This document shows positions 50,864-59,208 of a stretch of 64,000 nt of DNA, one piece after another. This stretch comes from an uncultured Candidatus Saccharibacteria bacterium (GTDB lineage: Bacteria; Patescibacteriota; Saccharimonadia; Saccharimonadales; CAYUUR01): NCBI GenBank assembly GCA_964448075.1, contig CAYUUR010000001.1:247371-311370 (forward strand), read 5' to 3'. Under the pieces are notes generated by a model. The model was not told where the DNA came from and made no database searches. It worked only from the letters and a program-made list of their open reading frames with translations. Numbering within the stretch: position 1 is the stretch's first letter; each line of letters opens with the position of its first letter. The position numbers and the translations under genes are program-made.

Positions 50864-50899
50864 GGCCTCATTGTACAGCAAATTATTGGTCCCATCTTC

Positions 50900-51440
50900 T
50901 TACCAGCTAAAGCTGGCAGCCATGTTACTTTTGGTCCGCCAAAAGTAACCAAAAGCTCCCGGCAGAACAATAACAGGCCTGATCTGTTGATATTGCTCAC
51001 AAAGGCACGGCCAACTTGTCCGCTGAAGCAGACTTCAAACACGACCGTGCCATTTTGTTGTGAAACAATACAACATCTCAATCGCGTTATTGTTCTCTAT
51101 GCCGGCTTCCACGCCCGGACGCGAACAGCACTGGTGTTATTCTTCAGCTACAGGCGTCCGGGCGTAAGATCACGCTCTGAAACACCGGTGGCTGAGAGTG
51201 CTGGATGGTCGAGTCCAGCTGCAGCCCTGTTTTGGTTCCGTAACTAGAGAGTTAACCAAAACCGCCCTGCAAGGGCGATGCTGCAGCGCGACCAGCCAGT
51301 GCTTTCAGCATCCGTGTGGCTTCAGCCGCGTGTCTGTTTTTGGCCTACCTTTTTGCTGACACAAAAAGGTAGGTGGCTCGCTCGGCAAGGCCGAGCAGAC
51401 ATATTGAGTTATTGGTTGTTGATTGGAAAAGAGTAAGTTG
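50900..51440. ncRNA. Candidate large structured ncRNA, family unknown, strand undetermined
   Basis: There is no credible ORF. At least 12 helices are present, including perfect stems 50924-34/50939-49, 50964-74/51086-96, 51111-22/51154-65 and 51344-55/51362-73. They are organised as three multi-branch domains. Confidence 0.5.
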
Positions 51441-51447
51441 GTGGACG

Positions 51448-52689
51448 CTACCACCACCCTTGAATTTGCCAAGCCTGATAAGCACCTGACCAGCTACCAT
51501 AGCGTCCATTTGCATAGCCAGTAAAGAATTGGATCTGACAGATTGCATCTGTCTGCCAAGCAGGACACGCCGCAACAAGTTTACTACCCGGGCACGCCTG
51601 ACCAAGGCCCAGACAACCGCCGGCATTCTGGGCGTTAAGCCTCCAACCTGATTCGTGCGCCAGTATAAAGTCCGCGGCAAAATGCTGCGAAGCGGGCACG
51701 CCAGCTGCTGCCAGAATCTCAGCCTTATTCCCACCTATCGCAACTGTCGGGACTTTTGTGCCGCGCAGGATTACGCGTGTTTCTGGCTTAACTGAAACTA
51801 CTTTCTGTAGAATCTTCTTTTTATATACCTTGCCGTTACGTAACTCGAGTTCGTAGGTAACAAGTCGCTCGCCAGGCTTGCCTGGTTCCTTTACTTGATC
51901 AGTGCCGATGGCTAAGGTGCTGTCATTAATAATCTTTTCTGGGGCAGCAATCTTTTCTTTTTTGGTTTCGATTTTTTTGCCGGTACGAATTACAAATACC
52001 TGAGCGTTTGGTGTAATTGGTGTGTCAGGTGCAGGCGAAACTTGATCGCCTGTTTGGGCAACAATATTCTTTTCTTTGAGTAATGCACCGACGGTTTTGA
52101 CATGTGTGCGTACGGGTATTTTAGTACCGTACAAATTTACATAGGTTAGTGTTGCTCGGTCCACGACAACCCGCTCATCAAGCCCATCCTCAAACAAATC
52201 CTCTGGCGGGGTAAGCGTTGCTCGGTCTTCAGGATAAAGTTCCAGGCCCGCTTGTTTAGCAACGTCCTTTGGTTCTTGATGGGCGCTTACCGTAGAAAGC
52301 TCTTCGTTGTTTTCTGTGTCGACTACGGTTATCGTACGAGCTTTGTAGACATTAACTGTAAAGTTCTCACTGTCGATGGGCGTACTCACGGCGGGTTCAA
52401 TAATGTCTTGTTCGCTCGTTTTAATCCCAGAGGCATCTAAAAGTTCCTGAACATTCTGTGCGCGGGTAGGCACCGTCTGTAGCTCGCCATCTACATAGAG
52501 CTGTACAACGCGTTTGTCGCTGGGGCCAATTGTCTGAGAACCCATTAAAACAAATGCGACGGCGGTAACAAAAAACAAACCCAAAAAAGTAACGACCGGT
52601 ACTACGAATGGATGCTTCGCCAAAGGGCGCTTGGTAGTTTCCGGCTGGTGGTTGCCAGACGATTTAGTATCAGTTGGTGGTTTTTTCAT
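51448..52689 (-). CDS. DUF348-repeat + G5 domain cell-wall protein with C-terminal transglycosylase-like domain (RpfB/YabE-like)
   Basis: 413 aa with an N-terminal TM. DUF348-type repeats are present (VQLYVDGELQTVPTRAQNVQELL). The G5 domain reads EPGKPGERLVTYELELRNGKV...ETRVILRGTK. The Cys-rich C-terminal domain is ILAHESGWRLNAQNAGGCLGLGQ. Confidence 0.8.
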   Translation of the reverse strand: MKKPPTDTKSSGNHQPETTKRPLAKHPFVVPVVTFLGLFFVTAVAFVLMGSQTIGPSDKRVVQLYVDGELQTVPTRAQNVQELLDASGIKTSEQDIIEPAVSTPIDSENFTVNVYKARTITVVDTENNEELSTVSAHQEPKDVAKQAGLELYPEDRATLTPPEDLFEDGLDERVVVDRATLTYVNLYGTKIPVRTHVKTVGALLKEKNIVAQTGDQVSPAPDTPITPNAQVFVIRTGKKIETKKEKIAAPEKIINDSTLAIGTDQVKEPGKPGERLVTYELELRNGKVYKKKILQKVVSVKPETRVILRGTKVPTVAIGGNKAEILAAAGVPASQHFAADFILAHESGWRLNAQNAGGCLGLGQACPGSKLVAACPAWQTDAICQIQFFTGYANGRYGSWSGAYQAWQIQGWW

Positions 52690-52765
52690 GAAAGAAAGCT
52701 ACGATTGGGTATACGATTTGTGACGGTCGTACTCCAAAAATAGCTACCTAATAGTATAACAAAGC

Positions 52766-53233
52766 CTAGTGGTCGAACCAAGCGAGCACATGCTTCCGCG
52801 CCACCGACCCAGTCCGTTTGTCTGCAAGCAACTGCTGATATGGCACCCATTGCAAGTCCCGCAGTTCTGATTTCTGACGAGTAATAGCAGGTTTACTTCT
52901 CAGCTCAAGCGTAAAATATTCGTAGCTATAACGATGTTTCTCATCATTAGTTGTCTTAAGTCTGCCTTTGTAATGAAGTTCGGACGGCTTAACGATTACG
53001 CCCGTTTCTTCCCTGAGTTCACGTACTGCCCCATCAACAGCTGACTCTCGTAGATGTATGCCGCCACCCGGCAAGGACCACCGCCCTGGCCCAATTAGAT
53101 CCATGACTACCAGAACTTCTTTTTTGCACACAACCAATATGCGTGTGCGCGGTTGCAAGCGTACGCTAATATGGATAATTGGCCATGCCAGCCAAAATAG
53201 AACAGTCCCGATCTTATGAAAAAGTGTCATCAC
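52766..53233 (-). CDS. Nudix hydrolase
   Basis: 155 aa with an intact Nudix box (GGGIHLRESAVDGAVRELREETGV). It overlaps pcrA by 4 nt. Confidence 0.75.
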   Translation of the reverse strand: MMTLFHKIGTVLFWLAWPIIHISVRLQPRTRILVVCKKEVLVVMDLIGPGRWSLPGGGIHLRESAVDGAVRELREETGVIVKPSELHYKGRLKTTNDEKHRYSYEYFTLELRSKPAITRQKSELRDLQWVPYQQLLADKRTGSVARKHVLAWFDH

Positions 53234-55410
53234 TCAATTTTCTCCAAAGGAGCGAACGCTACATTCAACTTCTTAGTACCCTTGCCTTTGAAATAAATCG
53301 TTGCCGTGTCACCATCCATTTCTAGAACGGTACCCATGCCAAATAACTGATGCTTTACGCCATCGCCTTCATTAATATCCGGTACATAGCGTGGCTCAGT
53401 AGTCATAACATTGCTAGGGGACGCTGGTGCTGCATTTGAGTTATCGCCAAACATCGAACCAACATTGGAACGGAAGTCCTGCAAAAAGCTTGGGCCAGCA
53501 GTTTCAGCATCAATTTCACTCAAAAAACGCGAAGGTGGGTTGTGTTGCATGCCACCGTATAACATGCGGCTACTCGCGTACGTTAGATACAGTTCTTCTC
53601 GCGCCCGAGTCATGCCAACATAACAAAGTCGTCGTTCTTCTTCCATCTCTGACTGGTCATAGAGCGCGCGAGAATGTGGAAATATCGTCTCTTCCATGCC
53701 AATCATAAAGACAACGGGAAACTCCAGACCTTTTGCTGCGTGCAGGGTCATTAGTGTCACGGCCTTGCCATCTTGATCCCAGCTATCGATATCGCTAATG
53801 AGCGAGACTTCTTCTAAGAAACCGCTCAGACCTTGCTCTTCATAGTTTTTGGCGACTCCAACCAGTTCCTGAACGTTTTCCTTGCGCGATTCGCCCTGTG
53901 CTGTTCCGTCATCAAGATAATTCAAATAGTCAATTCGGCGCAGTAAGGTGTCGAGTAATCCTGGTAAACTTGTTTCTTCAACCAAATTACGCAGACTGTT
54001 CAGCATATCAGCAAGCTCAGAAAAAGCCGCCCGTGCCTTTGACGTAAGCTCATTACAGGTGTCAACTTGCGTGACTGCAGCAGATAAAGTTAACCCAGAT
54101 TGAACCTGCCACGCAAAAAAATTCTGTAGAGATTTTGCACCAATGCCACGCGCCGGCACATTCACTACACGCTCAAAACTCACTCTATCATCTGGTTGAT
54201 ATATCATCCGCAAGTACGCAATGATATCCTTGATCTCCTTGCGATCATAGAACCGTTGACCACCAACGATTCGATACGGAATACCATAGTGGATGAATGA
54301 CTCTTCTATAGAACGACTCTGCGCGTTTGTTCGATACAGCACCGCAAAATCACGAAAACCACGCGAACCAACGTCAATAGAAGTGCGGATACGGCGAATA
54401 ATTGCCTCGCCTTCGGCACGATCATTGCCCACAGGAATTATCTGTATCGGTGCACCGTCACCAGCTTCGGTCCATAGTTCTTTTTCTGAACGTTGACTGT
54501 TCTTAGTGATAACTGCGTGCGCGGCATCAAGAATGCGTTTTGTGCTGCGGTAGTTTTGCTCGAGTTTGATGACGGTACAATTTTTATAATCGCTTTCAAA
54601 CTTCAGAATATTACGAAAATCTGCCCCACGCCATGAGTAGATTGACTGCCAGTCATCGCCAACCACAGCAATGTTGTTGTCTGCGTTCGTAAGTAACTTT
54701 ACTAATTTGTACTGGGCGGTGTTAGTATCCTGATATTCGTCAATCATGACGTACTTGAACTGCTGCTGCCATTTCTTGCGAACTTCTGGCTGAGATTCGA
54801 GCATATGGACGGTTTTGGCAATTAGATCGTCAAAGTCGAGACCGCCGGCTTCTTTGAGCGCCTTTTCGTAACGAGGAAAGACCTGTGCCGCAGTACGCTG
54901 CGCTGGCGTGCTGGCTATCCCTTCATAATGACTCGCACCCATCAGTTCATTCTTAGCGCTACTAATCAGCCCAGAAAGCACTTTGGCCGGGAAAGTTTTT
55001 TCATCAATGTGTAATTGTTTGCTAGCCTGCTTGATTGCGCTAACACGATCTGACTCGTCAAAGATGACAAAGTTGCGTGGCACCCCTATGTGTTCGCCAT
55101 CTTGGCGCAAGATGCGCACGCATATTGAGTGGAAGGTACCCATGTACGGCATAAATGAACGGTTGTCAGAATGTTCACCAAGTAGCTGTGCCACACGCTC
55201 ACGCATCTCTGCGGCAGCTTTATTAGTAAAAGTCACGGCCAGTATGTTGTATGGCGTGGCCTTATTTTGCGCAATGATATAAGCGATGCGGTGAGTTAAG
55301 GTTTTTGTTTTGCCACTTCCCGCCCCGGCCTGAATAAGCAGGGGGCCTTCTGTCGTTTCGACTGCCCGCCGTTGTTCTGGGTTTAAACCGGTTAAAAGAT
55401 GTTCAGACAC
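53230..55410 (-). CDS. pcrA: ATP-dependent DNA helicase PcrA/UvrD
   Basis: 726 aa with the SF1 motifs AGAGSGKTKTLTHR, DEYQDTN, VGDDWQSIYSWRGA, TLHAAKGLEF and YVGMTRA. Confidence 0.95.
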   Translation of the reverse strand: MSEHLLTGLNPEQRRAVETTEGPLLIQAGAGSGKTKTLTHRIAYIIAQNKATPYNILAVTFTNKAAAEMRERVAQLLGEHSDNRSFMPYMGTFHSICVRILRQDGEHIGVPRNFVIFDESDRVSAIKQASKQLHIDEKTFPAKVLSGLISSAKNELMGASHYEGIASTPAQRTAAQVFPRYEKALKEAGGLDFDDLIAKTVHMLESQPEVRKKWQQQFKYVMIDEYQDTNTAQYKLVKLLTNADNNIAVVGDDWQSIYSWRGADFRNILKFESDYKNCTVIKLEQNYRSTKRILDAAHAVITKNSQRSEKELWTEAGDGAPIQIIPVGNDRAEGEAIIRRIRTSIDVGSRGFRDFAVLYRTNAQSRSIEESFIHYGIPYRIVGGQRFYDRKEIKDIIAYLRMIYQPDDRVSFERVVNVPARGIGAKSLQNFFAWQVQSGLTLSAAVTQVDTCNELTSKARAAFSELADMLNSLRNLVEETSLPGLLDTLLRRIDYLNYLDDGTAQGESRKENVQELVGVAKNYEEQGLSGFLEEVSLISDIDSWDQDGKAVTLMTLHAAKGLEFPVVFMIGMEETIFPHSRALYDQSEMEEERRLCYVGMTRAREELYLTYASSRMLYGGMQHNPPSRFLSEIDAETAGPSFLQDFRSNVGSMFGDNSNAAPASPSNVMTTEPRYVPDINEGDGVKHQLFGMGTVLEMDGDTATIYFKGKGTKKLNVAFAPLEKIE

Positions 55411-55440
55411 GTGTCATCTATTGTAGCAAGGAAAACATGG

Positions 55441-56178
55441 TTACTTGAATATGTTTTCGTTAACCTCAGTGAAATCACTTACAAAGCTCTTAAGCGTATT
55501 GAGTTGCTCTGTGCTGCGCTCGGAGCACTCTTCCTGAGTTGATTCACCTTGATAGCATTTGCCATCATCTCGCATGTTTGAAATTTTTACAAAGTATTTA
55601 TTGTCTTTTGTAGGCGCGGCATACGACATAATAGTGCGGGCTTCGTATGCTGTAGAAAGATTGTTGAACTCAATTGTATTGAAAACGTCTTTCTTATTAA
55701 ACTTCTCACAGGCATTACTAGCTATGCCGTTAAATGATTTTGCCTTATTAAGAGTAAATGCACTGGATTCTACATCATAGTTACACACCCATGGGGCTCC
55801 GATGCCCATTTGCAGCTGAAGATCGGCAGCGGTGTACATCACGATATCATAGTCGTTAAGCTCAACAGCAGAAACCGCATTTGCAGACGCTTTTTTATAG
55901 ACAGCTGTAACGTCTTTTGCGGGCTGTTGTGTTTTGGGGTAATAAAACGTCAAGCCATTATTGCTATATTCAATGTATCCGTCGGGAACTGACGACGTTG
56001 TGACCTCATCTTTTGTAGTATCATTTTTTACCGGTTCGTTTGAGACGACTTTGTTATTATCAATCGCTTTGTTTGCTTCCATGACACGCCAACCGGTGAA
56101 ACCAACAATAATAAGGATCAGAACGAACCCAATGATTGTTGTAGTGGTCATGCCTTTTTGATTGAGTTTGACGTGCAT
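55441..56178 (-). CDS. Hypothetical membrane-anchored protein
   Basis: The track ORF runs to 56265 into the upstream gene; I prefer MHVKLNQKG...IIGFVLILIIVGF at 56178. It has an ectodomain with several Cys. No family recognised. Confidence 0.45.
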   Translation of the reverse strand: MHVKLNQKGMTTTTIIGFVLILIIVGFTGWRVMEANKAIDNNKVVSNEPVKNDTTKDEVTTSSVPDGYIEYSNNGLTFYYPKTQQPAKDVTAVYKKASANAVSAVELNDYDIVMYTAADLQLQMGIGAPWVCNYDVESSAFTLNKAKSFNGIASNACEKFNKKDVFNTIEFNNLSTAYEARTIMSYAAPTKDNKYFVKISNMRDDGKCYQGESTQEECSERSTEQLNTLKSFVSDFTEVNENIFK

Positions 56179-56191
56179 AGTTACTCCTGAG

Positions 56192-56929
56192 CTATTGGTT
56201 TTGTATAAGATCAAAGGGTAGTTGGAAATCCGTTTCGACAAGGCCCGCGTCAATAGCAAGCACACCAGCTAGTAAGCTAAGCAAGACAACAAACAGGATC
56301 ACCATAAACACCTTACCGCCGGCACTTGACGAGACGCTATGATCGACTGACACAAAGTAAGTCTTGTCGGCTATCAACTTCTCGTATTTTTCAGCCGCTG
56401 CTCGTTCGGCAGCTTCTTCGGCTTCTTGTTGTTTTTTCTTTTCGTCTTGTTTATCGACCGGTTCAGCTTCCGGGTCGTTTGTTGCAGGTTCATCCGCTGC
56501 AGGCTTCTTTTCTTCTGCTTCTTTGGCCGGAATAGTTTGGTCTGCGGTTTTGGCTGGCTCAGCAGTCTTGGTATCAGTAGCTTCTGGTTCTGCTTCTTTA
56601 TTTTTAATTGTAGTTGGCTCTGCTTTTGCCTCATCCACTGAAGGTTCAGCCTCAGCCGCTTGATTGCTCGGCTCATCTGCTTTTGGTTTTGCTGTAGATT
56701 TTGATGGTTCTTGTGAACGAGAGCCAAGTGGCTGAATAGTTTTACCTCTGGAGTTCAATGGTGGTGCAGAAGGCGTTGTTGTAGATGAGCGCTTAGCCAT
56801 CATTGGGTCGTCCATCATTGGCTTGTGCGAAACAATCACCGGACGACTACTAGCATCGGGTGCTGCCTTACCAGGAGCGTTGACGTCCATGACTTTCTTG
56901 TCATCTTCAGCTTTTTTACTCGTCGCCAT
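56192..56929 (-). CDS. Hypothetical low-complexity (Ala/Glu/Lys/Pro-rich) protein with C-terminal TM anchor
   Basis: 245 aa. It has a repetitive acidic/basic tract and the C-terminal TM VFMVILFVVLLSLLAGVLAI. The ORFs in other frames across the repeat are rejected. Confidence 0.45.
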   Translation of the reverse strand: MATSKKAEDDKKVMDVNAPGKAAPDASSRPVIVSHKPMMDDPMMAKRSSTTTPSAPPLNSRGKTIQPLGSRSQEPSKSTAKPKADEPSNQAAEAEPSVDEAKAEPTTIKNKEAEPEATDTKTAEPAKTADQTIPAKEAEEKKPAADEPATNDPEAEPVDKQDEKKKQQEAEEAAERAAAEKYEKLIADKTYFVSVDHSVSSSAGGKVFMVILFVVLLSLLAGVLAIDAGLVETDFQLPFDLIQNQ

Positions 56930-57707
56930 CGGGTGTCCTTTGCAGTCGGTAGGCAGTATTCACAATACCGGCAAACTTGTGATAATTCAGACTGGCGTTA
57001 CCGACAAGCACGCCATCGCAATCAGGAACTTCCAAATAGCCACCTACAATCTGCTCATCAACACTTCCGCCATAGAGGATCCTTACATTCTTGGCGGCTT
57101 TTGGACCATAGAGCGCACGTACCTGTTCACGAATGAATGCCATAGCTTCCTCAGCCTGACGTGGCTTGGCCAGCTCTCCGCCAAACGTACTGATAGCCCA
57201 TACTGGCTCATATGCTATGACGATATCTTGAACTTCACGGCTCGTTAGATTACTTAGTGCTGTTACCACTTGGTCGTGAAGTACTTGTCTTGTTTCGCCA
57301 GCGCGCCGTTCGGTCTTTGTTTCGCCAACACAAAGAATTGGCGTAATGTCATTCCTTACTGCAGCCGATACTTTGTCGCGAATCAACGTGTTGGGCTCAT
57401 GAAAATGAATACGCCGTTCTGAGTGCCCAATAATTACGTAGTGCACCAATTCACGCAACATAGTCATTGCAACTTCACCCGTATAGGCACCTTCATCTAC
57501 AGGGTGAGCGTTTTGAGCAGCTAGGCGAAACTTGCGACGATCTATTTGCAAGCTTAACGGCTGCAAAACAAGCATGCTCGGAGCAAGTACGACTTCAACA
57601 TCACGATGAATCCTGATCCGTTCATGTAAACGATGCAGTAACAGACTCGCCTGAGCTGTATTCAGATGCATTTTCCAGTTAGCAACAACTAATGTTCTTT
57701 TGTTCAT
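56916..57707 (-). CDS. tpiA: Triosephosphate isomerase
   Basis: 263 aa with VVANWKMH, IIGHSERR, AYEPVWAI and YGGSV. Confidence 0.95.
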   Translation of the reverse strand: MNKRTLVVANWKMHLNTAQASLLLHRLHERIRIHRDVEVVLAPSMLVLQPLSLQIDRRKFRLAAQNAHPVDEGAYTGEVAMTMLRELVHYVIIGHSERRIHFHEPNTLIRDKVSAAVRNDITPILCVGETKTERRAGETRQVLHDQVVTALSNLTSREVQDIVIAYEPVWAISTFGGELAKPRQAEEAMAFIREQVRALYGPKAAKNVRILYGGSVDEQIVGGYLEVPDCDGVLVGNASLNYHKFAGIVNTAYRLQRTPDGDE

Positions 57708-57841
57708 ATCTTTACAAATAGTTTACCACAAGCGGTATCGTTACTTCCTAAAACAACAAATATCAGCACTTTTCTACATTCGCCTACAAAAGTAACCAAA
57801 CTCAAACTCCTCCATGTCTGCTTCGGCCCGGGGGTTTTGCT

Positions 57842-57864
57842 CCACTTTTGCCATTCAAAAGTGG
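57842..57864 (-). terminator. Hairpin between pgk and tpiA (possible attenuator/processing site; no U-tract)
   Basis: CCACTTTTG pairs with CAAAAGTGG (9 bp, 5-nt loop). It lies about 30 nt downstream of the pgk stop, inside a 187-nt gap. Confidence 0.3.
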
Positions 57865-57894
57865 AATCCAGTTTGGTTCTTTGGAAAAGAATGG

Positions 57895-59208
57895 TTAGAG
57901 ATCTTGGAGGATTTCGACGCCTGGAAGCTTCTTGCCACTCATCAGGTCAAGCGTCGCACCCCCGCCCGTAGAAACGTGATTAAAATGATCAGTTAGACCT
58001 CGCTGCTGCACATATGAAACAGTGTCACCACCACCAACCAAACTAAAAGGCTTGTGCCCATATGCACCGGTAATAGCATCAACAATTAGCTCAGTACCGT
58101 GTGCAAATGGACCAACCGGACCTTGACCATTAACTGGCTCTACCTCTGTCACGCCCATACTACCATTCCATATAACCGTCTGGGCGAGCTGCAAACCACC
58201 AGCGATAAACGCACCAGAAAACGGACCAATGTCCAATATTATCTCGTCAGCGGCAATCTGGCTAGCCTGACGTGGTGGTCGCTTAGGGTAATTCTCGACG
58301 TCGGCTATGATGTGCGCGTCCCAGTCGACGATCCGCGTGGTTGCGTGCGGGTCAATCTTCTTGGCAACAACACCATCCTGCGGAATGTAGAAACAAAATT
58401 GCTGCTTGGCCGACTTAGCACGTGCAAGCGCTATGATATCTTTGGCCAGCGGAATGTCATCTGGTTCTACCAAACTCTTACCAGTCCTTATACCCTCTGC
58501 AAGCAAAAAGGTATTACACATTGCTCCACCAATCGCTACAAAATCAGCAATCTTAATGAGCCGTTTGAGTACTTCAATCTTGTCACTTATCTTTGCGCCC
58601 CCAACAATAGCAGCCAGTGGTCGTTCCGGACTCTCGACAGCGCGCATGATAGTGCTAACCTCTTTAGCCAATAACAATCCTGCGACGCTTGGTAGCAACT
58701 TTGCCACACCATAGGTAGAGGCGTCAGCACGGTGTACCACGCCAAAACCGTCCTGAACAAAGATGTCGCCAAGCGCTGCTAACTGTTGTGCAAATACGTC
58801 ATCGTTTGTTTTTTCACCCGGGTTAAAGCGCACGTTTTCCAACAGAAGAATGCTACCTTTTTTCAGTTTTTTCACAGCCTGTTCAACCTCAGGCCCAACT
58901 GTGTCAGTAGCAAAAGCAACCTTGTGCTTTAAAAGTTCTGATAAATGCTCAGCAACGGGCTCTAAGCTACAATGTTTATCGCGCTTACCTTCCGGCCGCC
59001 CCATATGAGAGATGATGATTATTTTGCATTGTTGATCCAATAAATACGATATTGTCGGTAATGAAGCACGAATACGGAAGTCGTCAGCGATCTTGCCATT
59101 CGCCAGTAAAGGAACATTAAAATCCGCACGTAGCAACACGCGTTTACCCTTGAGTTTGATATCCCGAACAGTTTTTTTGCTAAAAGGTCGTTCGCTGGTT
59201 CGGCTCAT
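57895..59208 (-). CDS. pgk: Phosphoglycerate kinase
   Basis: 437 aa with RADFNVP, SHMGRP, GGAKISDKI and STGGGA. Confidence 0.95.
   Translation of the reverse strand: MSRTSERPFSKKTVRDIKLKGKRVLLRADFNVPLLANGKIADDFRIRASLPTISYLLDQQCKIIIISHMGRPEGKRDKHCSLEPVAEHLSELLKHKVAFATDTVGPEVEQAVKKLKKGSILLLENVRFNPGEKTNDDVFAQQLAALGDIFVQDGFGVVHRADASTYGVAKLLPSVAGLLLAKEVSTIMRAVESPERPLAAIVGGAKISDKIEVLKRLIKIADFVAIGGAMCNTFLLAEGIRTGKSLVEPDDIPLAKDIIALARAKSAKQQFCFYIPQDGVVAKKIDPHATTRIVDWDAHIIADVENYPKRPPRQASQIAADEIILDIGPFSGAFIAGGLQLAQTVIWNGSMGVTEVEPVNGQGPVGPFAHGTELIVDAITGAYGHKPFSLVGGGDTVSYVQQRGLTDHFNHVSTGGGATLDLMSGKKLPGVEILQDL

Noticed and set aside
50864-51447. Possibility that the structured region is RNase P RNA (it contains GUCCGGGC...AUAGAG...UAACGC on the minus strand, reminiscent of the P4-P8 region)
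   Set aside because: The universally conserved GGAAAGUCC (CR-I) and ACAGAA..GGCUUA (CR-V) elements are absent on both strands. The GUCCGGGCG segment is fully consumed in a local 12-bp hairpin.
50939-57804. Shared 14-mer CAAAAGTAACCAAA at about 50939 and about 57790, plus look-alike ACTTTTG...CAAAAGT hairpins (50924-49, 51344-73, 57842-64), considered as a dispersed repeat or MITE family
   Set aside because: A single 14-nt match is within chance expectation for a 64-kb window read on both strands. The hairpins share only an A/T-rich core, not flanks or length. This is noted as a possible terminator style, not a mobile element.
58099-58674. 191-aa plus-strand ORF inside pgk (similar shadow ORFs lie at 18689..19309, 45216..45773, 29792..30280, 16175..16669, 49895..50296 and 56364..56727)
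   Set aside because: Each lies antisense to or out of frame with a gene carrying unambiguous family motifs. None has motifs, an SD or a plausible promoter.
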